A stretch of 64,000 nt of DNA from a virus. Taxonomy: Duplodnaviria > Caudoviricetes. Position numbers and translations under genes: made by a program. The notes under the pieces are model-generated. The model saw only the letters and a program-made list of their open reading frames with translations, did not search any database and had not been told where the DNA came from. Shown one piece after another: positions 19,651 through 32,129 of this stretch. The DNA lies in IMG/VR virus record IMGVR_UViG_3300014204_000012, positions 16,013-80,012 of that record; one strand, written 5' to 3'. Numbering within the stretch: the first letter of the stretch is position 1; each line of letters opens with the position of its first letter.

Positions 19651-19726
19651 GCTTAATCTGTCAAAGCGGTGTTTCCGGGGATCGCACCCGGAAAGCCACA
19701 AGGTTTAATTTTAAAAATTTACTACA

Positions 19727-21288
19727 ATGAAAAATGAATTTAAGGAAATTGAGGGATATGTTTGTGCAACTTGCGGACAGGAATACAAACACATACCGAA
19801 TATCTGTGATTGTGGGCAAATTTCCTGTTTAGGAAATTTTAAACCCGTTTATGTTGTTCCCTTAGATGATCGTGGGTGGGAGTGTATTAATATCAATCTA
19901 TTTGATTATCCCGCATATGCCATCAAAAATGCAACAAGGGGAACATACAGTGAAGAATATGGAGATCCTAATCTTAAAAAAATATGGGTTTCATCCGATT
20001 TTAATGGTGTTATTTTGGTAAAACACAGAAATGATCTTAGCCAATGGATCAAAGTGTTTTAATCTTGTATAAAATAAAAGAATATAATATATACCCGTTA
20101 TTTTACACCTGACAGCGTTTTTAAGACACTTTTACCCAAAGTGGGTAATTTATATCATTCACCGGTGAAAGTGTCCGTAGAACGCCCACAGGGGCAAAAT
20201 TGAGGAGATGAATTGATAACTTTAAAAAATATAATCAATGAATAAATTTGTTAATTTCTTAATAGGACAAACTATCAATTTTATTGATGAGGAAAACAAG
20301 ATGAACGAAGAGTTTAAGAAGAGGGCGGAATCATCCCGCGTAAAATATTGGGATGCTTGCAAATATCCCAGGAAGAAGAAAAAGCAAATAAGAAAGGAAG
20401 CATTATTAGATTATAGTTTTTATATGGCTATGTCTAAACCCGTATTGGGTAATTTTTAAATAATTTATACAATGAAAAAACCACTATTTATTTTAACATT
20501 CATCTTTGCAGGGGCGACCCTGTATGTAACTACGCTTTTCGTTCACATTACCACAGCCGAAGCATTAACGGCGGTAGTTGGGTACGCAATTCTGTGGGCG
20601 ATGTTTTTTAAGATTGTGTCCTTTGTGGCACAGGAATACAAACCGGAAAGAAACGAACGTACATTCCCCAGACCGGGAGTGTGGAATAAAGAACTTGAAT
20701 GACAGAAAGAATCCTGGCCAACCTCCTATTAGATAGGAAGGGGGCAAATTTGGCAGTTACCTGTAATTGCAGGATGATACAGAACTTCACACCGGGGGAT
20801 TGCGTTGTGGTGTCCTCGCTGGTGTTCCCTTGCCTTACCCGTGTTGAACCCGCAAGGGTACTGAGTTGGGTACGTGAAAACTTACCACAGATAAAACCCG
20901 GTGGTTACTTCCTTATCAATAAAAACGTGTTTTATGCTGTAAAACATGTTTGAAAACTTGTATATCTGAAAGGGAATTATTTATTTTGTAAAAAAATATA
21001 ATTATGAAAAGGTTGTTAAATTTTATCAAGTCCATATTCGGCAACGATGAGCCAAAAATACAAAAACAAGAACCGATCACAAAGAGTTTCACCCTGCCAC
21101 AACGGGCTCACTTACCTGCTGTAAAACGTACTCACAACAATCTGAAGAGAACTACGGGGCGTAAAATCCAGGTGATACAGGTAGTGAAGAAACCCAGTCA
21201 CTTTTTTGATATGCCACAATTTGACGGAGAAAAGTCCGTTCCGGTGTGGGTTTCTGCTAAATTTAAAACAAAAGTAATATTTCACTGA
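19727..21288 (+). other. Five hypothetical CDSs (19727-20062, 20238-20459, 20472-20702 with two TM segments, 20699-20953, 21004-21288)
   Basis: ORF track; A-rich leaders; TTATTTTG promoter-like element at 20981-20988. Confidence 0.6.
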
Positions 21289-21305
21289 TTTTAATAGTTG
21301 TAATT

Positions 21306-22106
21306 ATGAAAACAAATAATTTCAAATTGTTTAGGGTTTTATTATTGGCTGGTTTATTAAAGGAAAATATTAGGCGTGCTGACCTGAGCGGTGCTAACCT
21401 GGGAGGTGCTAACCTGAGCGGTGCTGACCTGAGCGATGCTAACCTGAGCGGTGCTGACCTGAGCGATGCTAACCTGAGCGATGCTGACCTGGGCGGTGCT
21501 AACCTGAGCGATGCTAACCTGAGCGATGCTAACCTGAGCGGTGCTAACCTGAGCGGTGCTAACCTGGGAGGTGCTAACCTGAGCTATGCTAACCTGAGCG
21601 ATGCTAACCTGGGCGGTGCTAACCTGAGCTATGCTAACCTGAGCGGTGCTAACCTGAGCGGTGCTGACCTGAGCGATGCTAACCTGAGCGATGCTGACCT
21701 GGGCGGTGCTAACCTGAGCGGTGCTAACCTGAGCGATGCTAACCTGAGCGGTGCTAACCTGAGCGGTGCTATTTATGACGAACATACGTATTGTGTTTGC
21801 ATAAACTGTCCCGAAGAAGGTTCTTTCATTGCATACAAGAAAGCACATGAAAAAATTGTTAAGTTACTTATCCCGGAAAAAGCTAAACGTAGTTCTGCCA
21901 CCTCCTTAAAGTGCAGGGCTAGCAAGGCTACGTGTTTGGAAATTGAAGGTGGATTAACAGAGGTTTCCTCTGATTACGATTCTAATTTTATTTATAGAGT
22001 AGGGGAAACGGTTGAGGTTACTGACTTTGATGAAAACCGTTGGAAAGAATGTTCCACTGGGATACATTTTTTTATGAACCGGGAACAAGCAAGACAATAC
22101 TTATGA
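21306..22106 (+). CDS. Pentapeptide-repeat protein with C-terminal DUF5758-like domain
   Basis: 26 A[DN]L[SG][GDY] repeats; [12 protein letters not shown]...[13 protein letters not shown]...ECSTGIHFF. Confidence 0.9.
   Translation: MKTNNFKLFRVLLLAGLLKENIRRADLSGANLGGANLSGADLSDANLSGADLSDANLSDADLGGANLSDANLSDANLSGANLSGANLGGANLSYANLSDANLGGANLSYANLSGANLSGADLSDANLSDADLGGANLSGANLSDANLSGANLSGAIYDEHTYCVCINCPEEGSFIAYKKAHEKIVKLLIPEKAKRSSATSLKCRASKATCLEIEGGLTEVSSDYDSNFIYRVGETVEVTDFDENRWKECSTGIHFFMNREQARQYL
21378..21767 (+). repeat. 26 x 15-bp tandem repeat
   Basis: Unit GCT(A/G)ACCTG(A/G)G(C/A)(GGT/GAT/TAT). Confidence 0.95.
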
Positions 22107-22754
22107 TCAAAATTGATGAAAATTGGAATATTGAAACAGACTCTTACTGTTTCAAACTTATTCACACGTTTAAGTCCGGAAACATCCGTAAAAACGGTGA
22201 AGAGATAACTGGCAGGGATGAAACGTATCATCCAACACTTCGCAAGTGCCTTTTATGGTATTGTAACGAAGTAACGAAGGACTGCGACGACATTAAGGCG
22301 GTGATTAAAAAGATTGACGAACTCAACGCCAAAATCGAATCGTTATGATACAGAATCTAAGAAACGCACTCGACAGCGGATACAGCGTTGTGAGTGCAAC
22401 TATTAAGGATCGGAAATGCCGTGTAGTTGTGGAGAAGGATAATCCAACAGGAAAGGTTACACGGGTTTTCGTGGTGAGCTTGAATTATGCAGACAGACTA
22501 AAATTGATATGATGAAAAAAGTAACATTCAAAACATTTCAGAAATTTATGAAAGAACACGACGCGTGGAATAAATACGTTGCAAATTTTGAACGTAGTCG
22601 TGGCAAACTTCCGGAATGTCATTTCATAAGAAGGGCCGGTAAGGATTCGTGGATTGATGGTGCATTTATTTGGGAGGGCACACCTGAAGAAAAGGAATAT
22701 TGGAAACAAATAAATAGATTATGGCAGGATACGCTACAGTCTGTAAACGAATAG
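22103..22754 (+). other. Small hypothetical CDSs (22103-22348, a ~55 aa ORF, 22509-22754)
   Basis: Coupled starts and stops. Confidence 0.55.
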
Positions 22755-23029
22755 ACGACAGCGCAAAACAGGGTGGCCGGTGGGTGTGTTTCTTCTGTGA
22801 TCAACCACTTGGGAAACATGCTAGCCACCACCATCTAAAAGGCAGAGACGGAGACCTATTAACAGACGAAAAATACATCGTGCTTTCACATCATAGATGC
22901 CACGTTGAACTGTGGCATGGTACACCACATTCCATACTTGAAAGTTACTGGTGGTGGGATGGTTTTCAACAACGACTAAAAAAGTTACTAAATGAGGACA
23001 CTAAAGGAATCACAGGACGTGGTGTTTGA
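22721..23029 (+). CDS. HNH-like zinc-binding nuclease
   Basis: CFFC...HHHLKGRDGDLLTD...HRCHVELWH. Confidence 0.6.
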   Translation: MAGYATVCKRIDDSAKQGGRWVCFFCDQPLGKHASHHHLKGRDGDLLTDEKYIVLSHHRCHVELWHGTPHSILESYWWWDGFQQRLKKLLNEDTKGITGRGV

Positions 23030-23683
23030 AACCATAACGGAGATCAACAGACGGATTTTCAAATGCAACAACAGGGAGTTGAAAAATAAAATTATCCGTG
23101 ATGTTTGCGAACGGAATGGTATCAGCGAGAAACACATTCGGGAAGTAATGCAGATTGAATTATGAAACATTTTGTATTCGCTGTAATTCTGGTTATATTC
23201 TGGTCGTTTGGCTGGATTGACGCATTCTGTTTGTTGTTTTTTCCCTGTGTGTGGGGGTTTGGTACTTTTATTCACCATGTTTTTAAAAGCAAATGAGAAC
23301 ATACTATCTATTCCACAACGAATTGAAACGCCAGCAAAAGGAGCTTATCGAATCCATGCTTTATAATGCAATTTGGATTTACTTACTATTGTTTTTTCTT
23401 ATTGTTTGCTTTATGTTTGTTGTGGTTGTGCTTTCGTTTTCAGAGTGGATGTGGGTTAAACCGGAGTGGTGATTATTAAACATATTTTTTATAACATAAA
23501 ATTTTAAAACATGACAATTATTAACATTGGAACGAGCAAAAAAGATATCGTGAATGTAAAATTAGACAAAGAGTATAACGATATTTGTTTTAAGGATATT
23601 ATTGATGTCGTTAAAAAAGAACTGGGAGATATACGGGGTATCAAAATATTTGGATGGGGTGAGGTAAAAAACGATAGCGAATA

Positions 23684-24211
23684 ATGAATACATTCCTTTC
23701 AGACGAACAATATCAGTTGATCCTGGACATGCGACAGTTACGCACGGGCCAGGGTGGCAAATACAAGTGGCTACTCGGTGTCAATGTTTGCACCATTTTA
23801 GAATCAGAAGTGAAAGCAGATACAAACGGGAAACCATACATCGCTGTACGCTTTGTTAGAAAGCCACAGGAGGTACTTGGTCGTCGGATATACTTTTCCC
23901 CACATGAGGAGTATTTCTTCACCTACGACGATCTGAGACGCCTCTGTGTGGCTTGTGGACATGAACTAAAACCACGACCGGAAGGATACCAGGTGCTGGA
24001 TTACTTTAAGGCGGTTAGCCGTCGGATGAAAACATTTACTGCTGAGTTAAACGTGGTAATGGGCGTGGTTAGGAAGATTAAACGGGACGAGTATGGGAAA
24101 CCGGTGATTAATTTTACCTACGGATACAATCTGGAAGTGTACGATTACCGGATTTTAAACTACACGGGTGAAGTTAATTGGAAGGAAATTTACACAAAAT
24201 TGAATTATTAA
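23684..24211 (+). CDS. Hypothetical protein, possibly OB-fold-like
   Basis: 175 aa, beta-rich N-terminus (NGKPYIAVRF); weak assignment. Confidence 0.5.
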   Translation: MNTFLSDEQYQLILDMRQLRTGQGGKYKWLLGVNVCTILESEVKADTNGKPYIAVRFVRKPQEVLGRRIYFSPHEEYFFTYDDLRRLCVACGHELKPRPEGYQVLDYFKAVSRRMKTFTAELNVVMGVVRKIKRDEYGKPVINFTYGYNLEVYDYRILNYTGEVNWKEIYTKLNY

Positions 24212-24229
24212 AAACTTAAAAGTATAAAA

Positions 24230-25949
24230 ATGAAAACATTATCTTTTGAATTAACAATGCCAAATGTAGGTAGTTGGAATGGGAAATGGACAGGCGAAGA
24301 ACGCAAATATTTTGTTATTAGGAAATTTGAAAATAAAACTGCTGCTAAAATTATGCAAGATGCTAAATCGTATCCTATTTACGAGGGTGTTTTTACTCGC
24401 ACTTTAGTAGGGACAAGCGCACCAAGGAAAGGCCATTATTATAATTTTGGTGATGGTTGGGGCGCACATATTGAAATAGAACAGGTTTATGCTAAAGAAG
24501 CAAATAAACGTAGAAAAAAATCTGCTGGATTTTGTGGTTATGAATGGATGATTGATTCTATTATTCGATTTGACGAAATATTAAACTCAAATCAGATTAA
24601 GGAAAGAAATTTACGTTAAATCAGATTATTAAAATTTATAAAAATGGAAAACTTAAAAGAGCAACTACAAGAAGAAAAAAACAGGCTAAAAGCACTGTGT
24701 ACATTTGTGAAAAATGACATTCTGGAATGGACTGAAAAAGACAAAGAAGGTGAAGACACTGTAAAACGTGGTGTGTTTGGTTACTATTACGTTTCAGACG
24801 ATCTTTCAACTGCTGTAAGGATCAATCTTCCAGTTTCACACCAGTTGGCTTTCACTTCTTCATACGCATACATCAGAAATCCTGATTTGTCACGTTTTAA
24901 GGTTGTCCAGAATCCTATAAACAAATATACCATATCAAGGATAAATGATATGATTGAAATGAAGGAGTGGGAAATAAATAAGAAAACGGGGTTATTAAGA
25001 AACCAACTTAAAAAACTTCATTTTATTAAAAACAAATATCAATCAAATTGTGTGCATAATTGGTCTAGGGTTGGAGGTCTGTTTGCTGATCCAGTGGAAG
25101 TAAAAACTGATTGTCTGGGACAAGAGTGGAAATATTACAAGTGGGAATGTAAATTTTGTGGAAAAGTAATTCAAAGCACTTAAATTATTAAAAATGGCAA
25201 GCATTGACAAAACATACATTGACGGCAAGGAATATCCAATATATAGACAGTGGTGGATAGATAACTATGACAAAATGGTTAAGGAATTAGGGGAGGCTAT
25301 TTGGTTATATACCTTTTCTATATTTGAATTTGATTATAAAGGTAGATATGTAGAGGAAGAAGTAGTAGTTACTCCGGAGTTTCTTAAAAATAACACAAAA
25401 GACATTGATCATTACGTTAAATTTTATGATTTTGCTATTTGGAACACTTCGGAAAAGGAAGACAGATGGCTTGTTAAAAACTGCCCCATTGAATCATTTC
25501 GGATTAAAATGATTGAGGTGTATCCACGTGGTTGGAGTGGGTTCAAGGGACAATCGTGGGTTCCTAAGAAAAACAATAAACCAAAATGTATAAAATGAGA
25601 AAAAAGATAAAAAAGTTCATTTTAAGTTGCACAAATGATATATTTAATGTACCTTTGTGCAGCGTTAAGGGAATGACTACCAACGATGGTAAACCGTATG
25701 TGATAAAATTAAAAATTAGGTAAAATGTACAGAGAATTTAAAGCATTTTTAATTAAGCACGGGGTGTTACGGAGATACACCACAAATCTAATAAAATTTA
25801 GGACACCAGGATATCATGTATCAGACGATGAAAGGATTTATGGTGCATTTCTTTGGGATTATACCACGGAAGGAGATGGTTTTTGGTCTGAAATTAGTGA
25901 TGCTTGGGATGTGGAATACAAAAAGTTATCCAGTGGACAAGTTCATTGA
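24230..25949 (+). other. Four hypothetical CDSs (24230-24619, 24644-25183, 25194-25598, 25725-25949)
   Basis: The first has the conserved phage pattern MPNVGSWNGKWTG...YNFGDGWGA...GFCGYEWMIDSI. Confidence 0.65.
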
Positions 25950-26349
25950 AAACCACAGCGACCTGAACGACGTAATTTACAAACTTAAAGAGATGAAATT
26001 TCCGTATTTTCTAAGCACATACACCGGGAAACCCACTGAAGAAACAGAACTTCAAAAGTGGAATCGGCTTAATTCTTTCTTCCATCAGGGAGTCGTGAGA
26101 ACATATTCGGATTGCTCAGGGTTATTACCTGACGATGCCAAACAAGACCTGCAAATGCGTTTCGCTTTGGTTTCCGATGTTGAAGACTGTGCATTTGTGG
26201 AGTCCATCAGCGGGATGAGTGTAAGGCGATTAACGGATTTCATCGAGGTGTGCCAGGTGTTTCTATTACGGGAATTTGGTGTACGTGCAAACGAGTTGCT
26301 TGAAACCAATAGGATGAGATTTTTAAAACTTAAAACAATAAAGAAATGA
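25933..26349 (+). CDS. NinB-like recombination protein
   Basis: LQKWNRLNSFFHQGVV...SISGMSVRRLTDFIE...REFG; probable GTG start at 25933. Confidence 0.6.
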   Translation: MDKFIENHSDLNDVIYKLKEMKFPYFLSTYTGKPTEETELQKWNRLNSFFHQGVVRTYSDCSGLLPDDAKQDLQMRFALVSDVEDCAFVESISGMSVRRLTDFIEVCQVFLLREFGVRANELLETNRMRFLKLKTIKK

Positions 26350-26771
26350 TCAAAACAGTAAAAGGAATTGAAAAGAAAGCCGCTAAGAACGGCAGGACAT
26401 TTGCTAAAATATCGTTTGACGATTGTTCGGCGAATGTGTTTGATACAAAAATTATCGAGGCTTCCGAAACTAACATCGGCAAACAGGTGGAAGTTGAATT
26501 CAAAGAAGAAAACGGTTACAAAAACATTACTTCGTTGGTTCCCATTGGGGAAAGTGTGCCACAACTTCAAAACCGGTTACCTGTTGCTCCGGCATCCATT
26601 GATTATCCTGATTCCGTAAAGTTGAATCTGGATTGTCTGGATAAGGCAATTCAGATAACGACGGTGTGTTTGACTGTGGACAACGACGGCAACCCGGTGA
26701 AATTAAACCGGAAGACATTGTATCAGTTGGCAGAAGACATTAGGAAATGGGCGAAAGGAGAAACGGTATGA
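26346..26771 (+). CDS. OB-fold ssDNA-binding-like protein
   Basis: KNGRTFAKI...ANVFD...GKQVEVEFKEENGYKNITSL followed by a helical C-terminus. Confidence 0.55.
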   Translation: MIKTVKGIEKKAAKNGRTFAKISFDDCSANVFDTKIIEASETNIGKQVEVEFKEENGYKNITSLVPIGESVPQLQNRLPVAPASIDYPDSVKLNLDCLDKAIQITTVCLTVDNDGNPVKLNRKTLYQLAEDIRKWAKGETV

Positions 26772-27000
26772 AAACGGAATTAATTGAATGTAAAGGAAAA
26801 CATATACACGCGAGTGAAACAAAAATTGGAGATTTAATGATTCTATATTACGGAAGCGATCATGTAGGAGAAATCTTGTTACGTGTTTATGAGGGATTGG
26901 TTTCTTTGTCTAATCCACGTAATACGTGGGTTGGTGTACCATATGAACTTTTGGTCACTTTATTAGAACCCGGAGACAAAGTGACTCTAACACAGGAATA

Positions 27001-28107
27001 ATGATAGCAATTACTCAAATTTTAGACATATCGTGCAGGCTCTTCGGTGTAACCACAGAAGACGTGAAGGGTAAGAGCCGGGAGGGTACACCCCTGATGG
27101 TTCGTCATTTGGTGAGGGCGTTGGCATCCGAAAAAGGATACAAACCAACAGAGATAGCTGATGAAATTGGTGGATCGAGATATGCTGTGTATAACTCCGT
27201 GAAACTGATTTTAAAGTTCTGTCAGTTCCATGAACAATGCAACACGCTCCGTGATGCCATTGATGCGTTCGTTCCGGAAGTTCCTATTAAGCCAGTTGAG
27301 AAACCTGTTGAAATCATACAAACCCGTGACGACAGCGGTATTATCCGGGTAACACAGGAGGCGTATGATGAGAGGTTTTATGGTCACAACGAGAAGATAA
27401 ACCCACGTACCGGGAATAAGTGGTTCCCTGCCTTTCACTACCTGTGGAGTGCAGGTGCCCCGATGAGTCCGTTTCTGGTGAGTTGGTACAAAGAATACGG
27501 ACACGAGGCCGACCGAATTATGAAACATAAGGAACAGATCGGATCGTTTGTGCACGACCGGATTGAGCAAATGGGAAAACACCATATCCCCACGACCATT
27601 GAAAACATTGAAAACTTCTGCCGGGATGAAGGTGACGTTTTATTCATTAAACGCTGTCTGGACGGGTTCTTGAACTTTATGAAAGACCATGATTCCGTGA
27701 TTGTGTCTTCTGAAAAGATGATACTTGGCGAAGACTGGGGAGGCACAATGGACTTGGAACTCAGAATCAGTGACGATAAATGGAGCAAGGTCTGGTGTGT
27801 GGATTTGAAAACATCGAAGTCGGTATTCGAGGAACATCTGATTCAGGTTGAAACATACCGCCGGGTGTGCGGTGCTGATCGTGGCGGGGTGTTGATACTG
27901 GGGAACTCAACAAAGAAACGCTACACCTTTACGGAGATTCCAGTCAAGAAACAGGACTATCTTTATTCAAAGTTCCTTGCTGTTAAGGAAACAGCCTATG
28001 TGACGATGCTTGAAAGGGGAACCATAGCACCGACAGAAGAAACATTCCCCAGTGAATTTAATCTTAATCCAGAGAATTATGAAATTGGGAATAGACTTAC
28101 CACTTAG
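27001..28107 (+). CDS. DnaA domain-IV-like HTH fused to a PD-(D/E)XK exonuclease
   Basis: N-terminal ILDISCRLFGVTTEDVKGKSR...RHL...EIADEIGGSRYAVYNSVK; C-terminal GSFVHDRIE...SEK...GGTMDL...VDLKTSK...Q.ETY. Confidence 0.75.
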   Translation: MIAITQILDISCRLFGVTTEDVKGKSREGTPLMVRHLVRALASEKGYKPTEIADEIGGSRYAVYNSVKLILKFCQFHEQCNTLRDAIDAFVPEVPIKPVEKPVEIIQTRDDSGIIRVTQEAYDERFYGHNEKINPRTGNKWFPAFHYLWSAGAPMSPFLVSWYKEYGHEADRIMKHKEQIGSFVHDRIEQMGKHHIPTTIENIENFCRDEGDVLFIKRCLDGFLNFMKDHDSVIVSSEKMILGEDWGGTMDLELRISDDKWSKVWCVDLKTSKSVFEEHLIQVETYRRVCGADRGGVLILGNSTKKRYTFTEIPVKKQDYLYSKFLAVKETAYVTMLERGTIAPTEETFPSEFNLNPENYEIGNRLTT

Positions 28108-31100
28108 TTGTAAGTATTGGAAAACGATTGAGGTCAAGGTAATACCGGAACTTGGTGGTAAACATCTTGACTATTACAACTTGGGACTTCCAACATTTTT
28201 GGATGAAGAAGAATCCGATGGTGTAGTTATTGATATTCGCCCTATAAAGGATAATGGTGTTACATTAATGTGGTGTACTGTCGTTGATATAAGAACAGGT
28301 GAAGCTACGACGAGGAAAGTTGATTCAATTAAATTCGATATAAATGAAATCAGATTACGCCTCAAACGAGGAATGGTTGTTTAGTCTATGGTTGGAATCC
28401 GTTGCGGACTACATTGACCACGCGATTTACCAACCAGGATCGTATATATTATTCGCTGGTGATGGTGTGTTTAGGGAACACGTTTATACCGCCGACTGGG
28501 AGATTTTATGGCGTCCCAGTGCCGAAGGGGTACTTTATACCACCCCGGGGGAGAAAGTGGCTGTAAAACGACGTAGGGAGGTCACAGTGCCATTTGTAGC
28601 CAATCCATCTGTCATTGATGTAAAGGGCGAGTTCGTGGGAAAGAACAATTCATCTGGCATAACATTCCCGGTGAACCAAAAGTGGGTAATGGACAAGTAC
28701 GGGGTGTATGTTCACAAGGTCGTAATCAGCTTTGCAAAGAAAGGGCTGTTTTACCGAACATTTGTGCCGGAATCTGTAAAGGAAAATTCAAATTACGTAC
28801 GAAGTGGACTGACGAAGTTCAAATACGAAACACGAAGTTTTGATGAATACTTAAAATTGGTAAAATGAAAGCGCATGAATTTATAGAAAAAAACATTGGC
28901 AATAGGGTATATGTTACTGGTGATAGAGACCTTGCGTTTAATGGAGGATTGCGTGAAATTATTTTCAAAAAAACAGAATTAACTGTTGTTAAGCTAACAA
29001 GAGGAGGTTTGGCTTATTTAATGGATGATAAAAATCGTTTTTATGCAGTACCACCAAGAAATGTTCGTGAAGTAGATTCATAGGTGTTTTGTATTTATTT
29101 AATTAATCTTTAAAATTAATAATATGGAAGTGAAATTCACAAAAGAGCAAACAGACTTTCTTAATAAAATAAGTACAATCGTGCACATGACGAGTGGTAG
29201 TACTTATAGGCACATACCTTTTTGGTTTAAAGAAACAGAAGAAGAAGGTGTGTACGAGCTGTTAACATTTGAACATCTTCCTGATGAACTGACCGAAGCA
29301 CTTAAAAACATGAGAGAGTAGTATTTTTAATAATCTTTAAAATTGATATGATGAACGAAAATGAACTTAGGATTGGAAATTTGGTACACCATTTAGATAA
29401 TTGGTCTCATAGACAACCAGAACAGGATTTTAAGGAATTTGATTTTAAATGGGAAGATAGGGATTGGTATGCCATAGGTGAATGCACGATGGATTTAAAG
29501 GACATTTTACCTATTCCACTAACCGAAGAGTGGTTGGTAAAATTTGGATTTATAAATTACATAATTAATTACTATTTACCAATCCCAGAAATAAAAGCTG
29601 AAATACATTTTGAAATGTTCAGAAAGGAGTATGTCTGTATTTTATATTGTAGTACTGGCTCATTTATTCCAAATGACATTAAATACGTTCACCAACTTCA
29701 GAACTTGTATTTCTGTTTAACAGGAGAAGAACTTGTTTATGATACCGACCAACCTGCGTAAAGCAGATTCCTTTTTTGACTTCATCAATGTAAATTTGTA
29801 CGAGGGTGACGGGTATGAAGTTAAAATCGGTATGAAGTATTGGTATTGGAACGGTGAAACACTTTGGGAAAGAACAGTAACAGAACATTTATTTTATCGT
29901 GATATTGAAAAATACGTAAAAGAGGGAATGATTTATGTGGAAAAATAATACAAAAATAAAGTTCCTAGAGCAAACAAAACATGATATTATGGCATATTTT
30001 AATATGTCTCGTGTTGATGAGATAATACTAATATCTGAACATTTGAATGGGAAAGTGTCTTATAATGATAGTGAGATCGCTTTTGGTATGGCCCTGCTTG
30101 CAGAACAAAATAAACTTATAAATTAGGATTATGTGGATAAATAATAACACGGAACCGATTAGCTCCGAACAGGTGAAGGAAGTTCATAAATGGTTGAACG
30201 AATGGGAATCATTAAGACTTACTGCCATACCATTACGTTTCTTAGAAGAGTTTGGTAATATGAAACGTGGTGTTAATGTAAAAATAGACGACACAACAGC
30301 ATTTGGATGTTCTCATCACAACCATAACAGACATCGTGTTTATATAGATGGTTTGTCTTATGACGAAGCATTAATTTTACAAAAGATAATTTCAAAAATA
30401 ATTTCATGATCATGTGGAAAAACGAACAAGAACAATTAATATTTGACTATGTCTTCGCTGAGCAAATCCTAAAGAGGGATGCCGCAGGTGAAGCAACAGA
30501 GGAATTTCAGGACAAGTTGGTTAGTCTGGGTAACCAACTGAATGTTCACAACCCGGCCATTGTGAGAAAGTGTATTGCCGTATCGAAGGGGATTGTGAAC
30601 CGTAGGAACAGCATGTATAAAACGCTTGTGGAGAAAGCAATTTCACCGGAAGATGCTGCTTTCATCGAGCACTACGTTTATATGTGCATACAGAACGACA
30701 TTGAACCGGAACCGGATAGAATTTTACAAGTAAAACTACTAATATGAAAAATCACAATAAAACCACTGATGTAAAAAAGTACAGTAATTATTTGGATTTG
30801 TTTACTGATGCGATGGAGGCCTTAAATAGAGCAGAAGGACATATATTGGATCGATATGATATTGGTATCATAATGTCATTAATAGTACAGGCAAATTGGT
30901 TGGGAATCGTGTCTGGTTATAAGAAAATTTTGGATATGCAAAAGAATCCACCGAACCCTGGTTCAAGTATTACGGGTGAATTGACCATCCCGGACAGCGT
31001 GGAGAAAATGACCGATGAGTATTTACCGGAACAAAACATGCAGGACTGATGGTACGATTCCAGGGTAAAATGAATTGGTTCTCTTGTGATCAGATCATTA

Positions 31101-32121
31101 AGATTGAACCGGGTTTGGGGTCTTTATTAAAAGACTTCAAAGACGAATACATTAAGGACATTTCATTGATCCTTATTGCCCACCTGCAAAAACAGGGGTT
31201 CGTATTCTTTGACAGCGAATACCACTTTAATAAAGAGGATGAGTTCCTGGAAGACGGCATTCACTATTGCAGGTACAGTGATCCTTCCACGGAAGTCCGG
31301 TATAGGAACGTGAAGGGTGTAAAACGTGTTATTGAAATCGGTATTAACTTCAGACACATCGTATGAAAGAGTTTATAATATGTGCAGCAATCAGAATTGA
31401 TGACTCTGGAAAAGTTTATTATGGTCATAGACATAATCATTGCTTGGAAGCATTATGTGGAGAACTTTCATGGTTCATGAACAGGCAAGAGGTTTCAGGG
31501 ATAAAAAAAACACAAGGATTTATAACCAGTCAAAATCGTTTTGTTGATAGAAAAGAAGGTTTAGTTATAGCACTTGCAAATGATCAAGTTCTTGGCAAAA
31601 AAGAAATCAGAGGTGATGAGCTTTACAGCGAAGACTTATATTAAATGTATATACCATGAACTTATTTACTAAACTATTCGGTAAAAAGTGTTTCATCATT
31701 GATGCCAAGTTTGCACACATGGAATGTTCTAGTTTTCGTGTGTATGCCAAAACAGAAGATGCTGCTGTTGCGAAGTTTCTGAATGAACCGTTCGTAAGTG
31801 GGCAGCGTCTTCTAAGTATCAAGGTGTATGAAGTTGAGTGAAATGTCAATGGGTGAACAAGTGGACGTATTGGTTATGCGATTATCAAAGATCGGAATAA
31901 CAATAAAACTCCGTGCAAACTATCCGTGGATTTATTTAACACGCGTAAACGGGAATCGTGTAACAGAGATTAGTCACGGTGAACATGGGTACACTATTGG
32001 GTTTGCTCCTATAAGGAAGGATCATGTGTTTAGTTTTATAGATATTCCCGATATGTTCCGTATAATCAGAAAGTACGTTCGGTTAAAACAAACACCCAGA
32101 ACAAATAATGCTATGAATTAA
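28079..32121 (+). other. Run of about 14 short hypothetical CDSs (e.g. 28079-28384, 28865-29083, 29124-29321, 29348-29761, 29739-29948, 29935-30126, 30131-30409, 30406-30747, 30744-31049, 31049-31366, 31363-31644, 31656-31841, 31828-32121)
   Basis: 29348-29761 has ELRIGNLV...PIPLTEEWL.KFGF...IKYVHQLQNLYF.LTGEEL; 31363-31644 has ICAAI...GHRH...QGFITSQNRFVDR...SEDLY. Both are recurrent phage families. Confidence 0.65.
28344..28868 (+). CDS. PD-(D/E)XK endonuclease / resolvase-like protein
   Basis: HVYTADW...VIDVKG...F.VNQKWV..KYGVYV. Confidence 0.65.
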   Translation: MKSDYASNEEWLFSLWLESVADYIDHAIYQPGSYILFAGDGVFREHVYTADWEILWRPSAEGVLYTTPGEKVAVKRRREVTVPFVANPSVIDVKGEFVGKNNSSGITFPVNQKWVMDKYGVYVHKVVISFAKKGLFYRTFVPESVKENSNYVRSGLTKFKYETRSFDEYLKLVK

Positions 32122-32129
32122 GTGAAGGA

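Noticed and set aside
21357-21848. Antisense 163-aa AQVS-repeat ORF
   Set aside because: It is a shadow of the 15-bp pentapeptide repeat.
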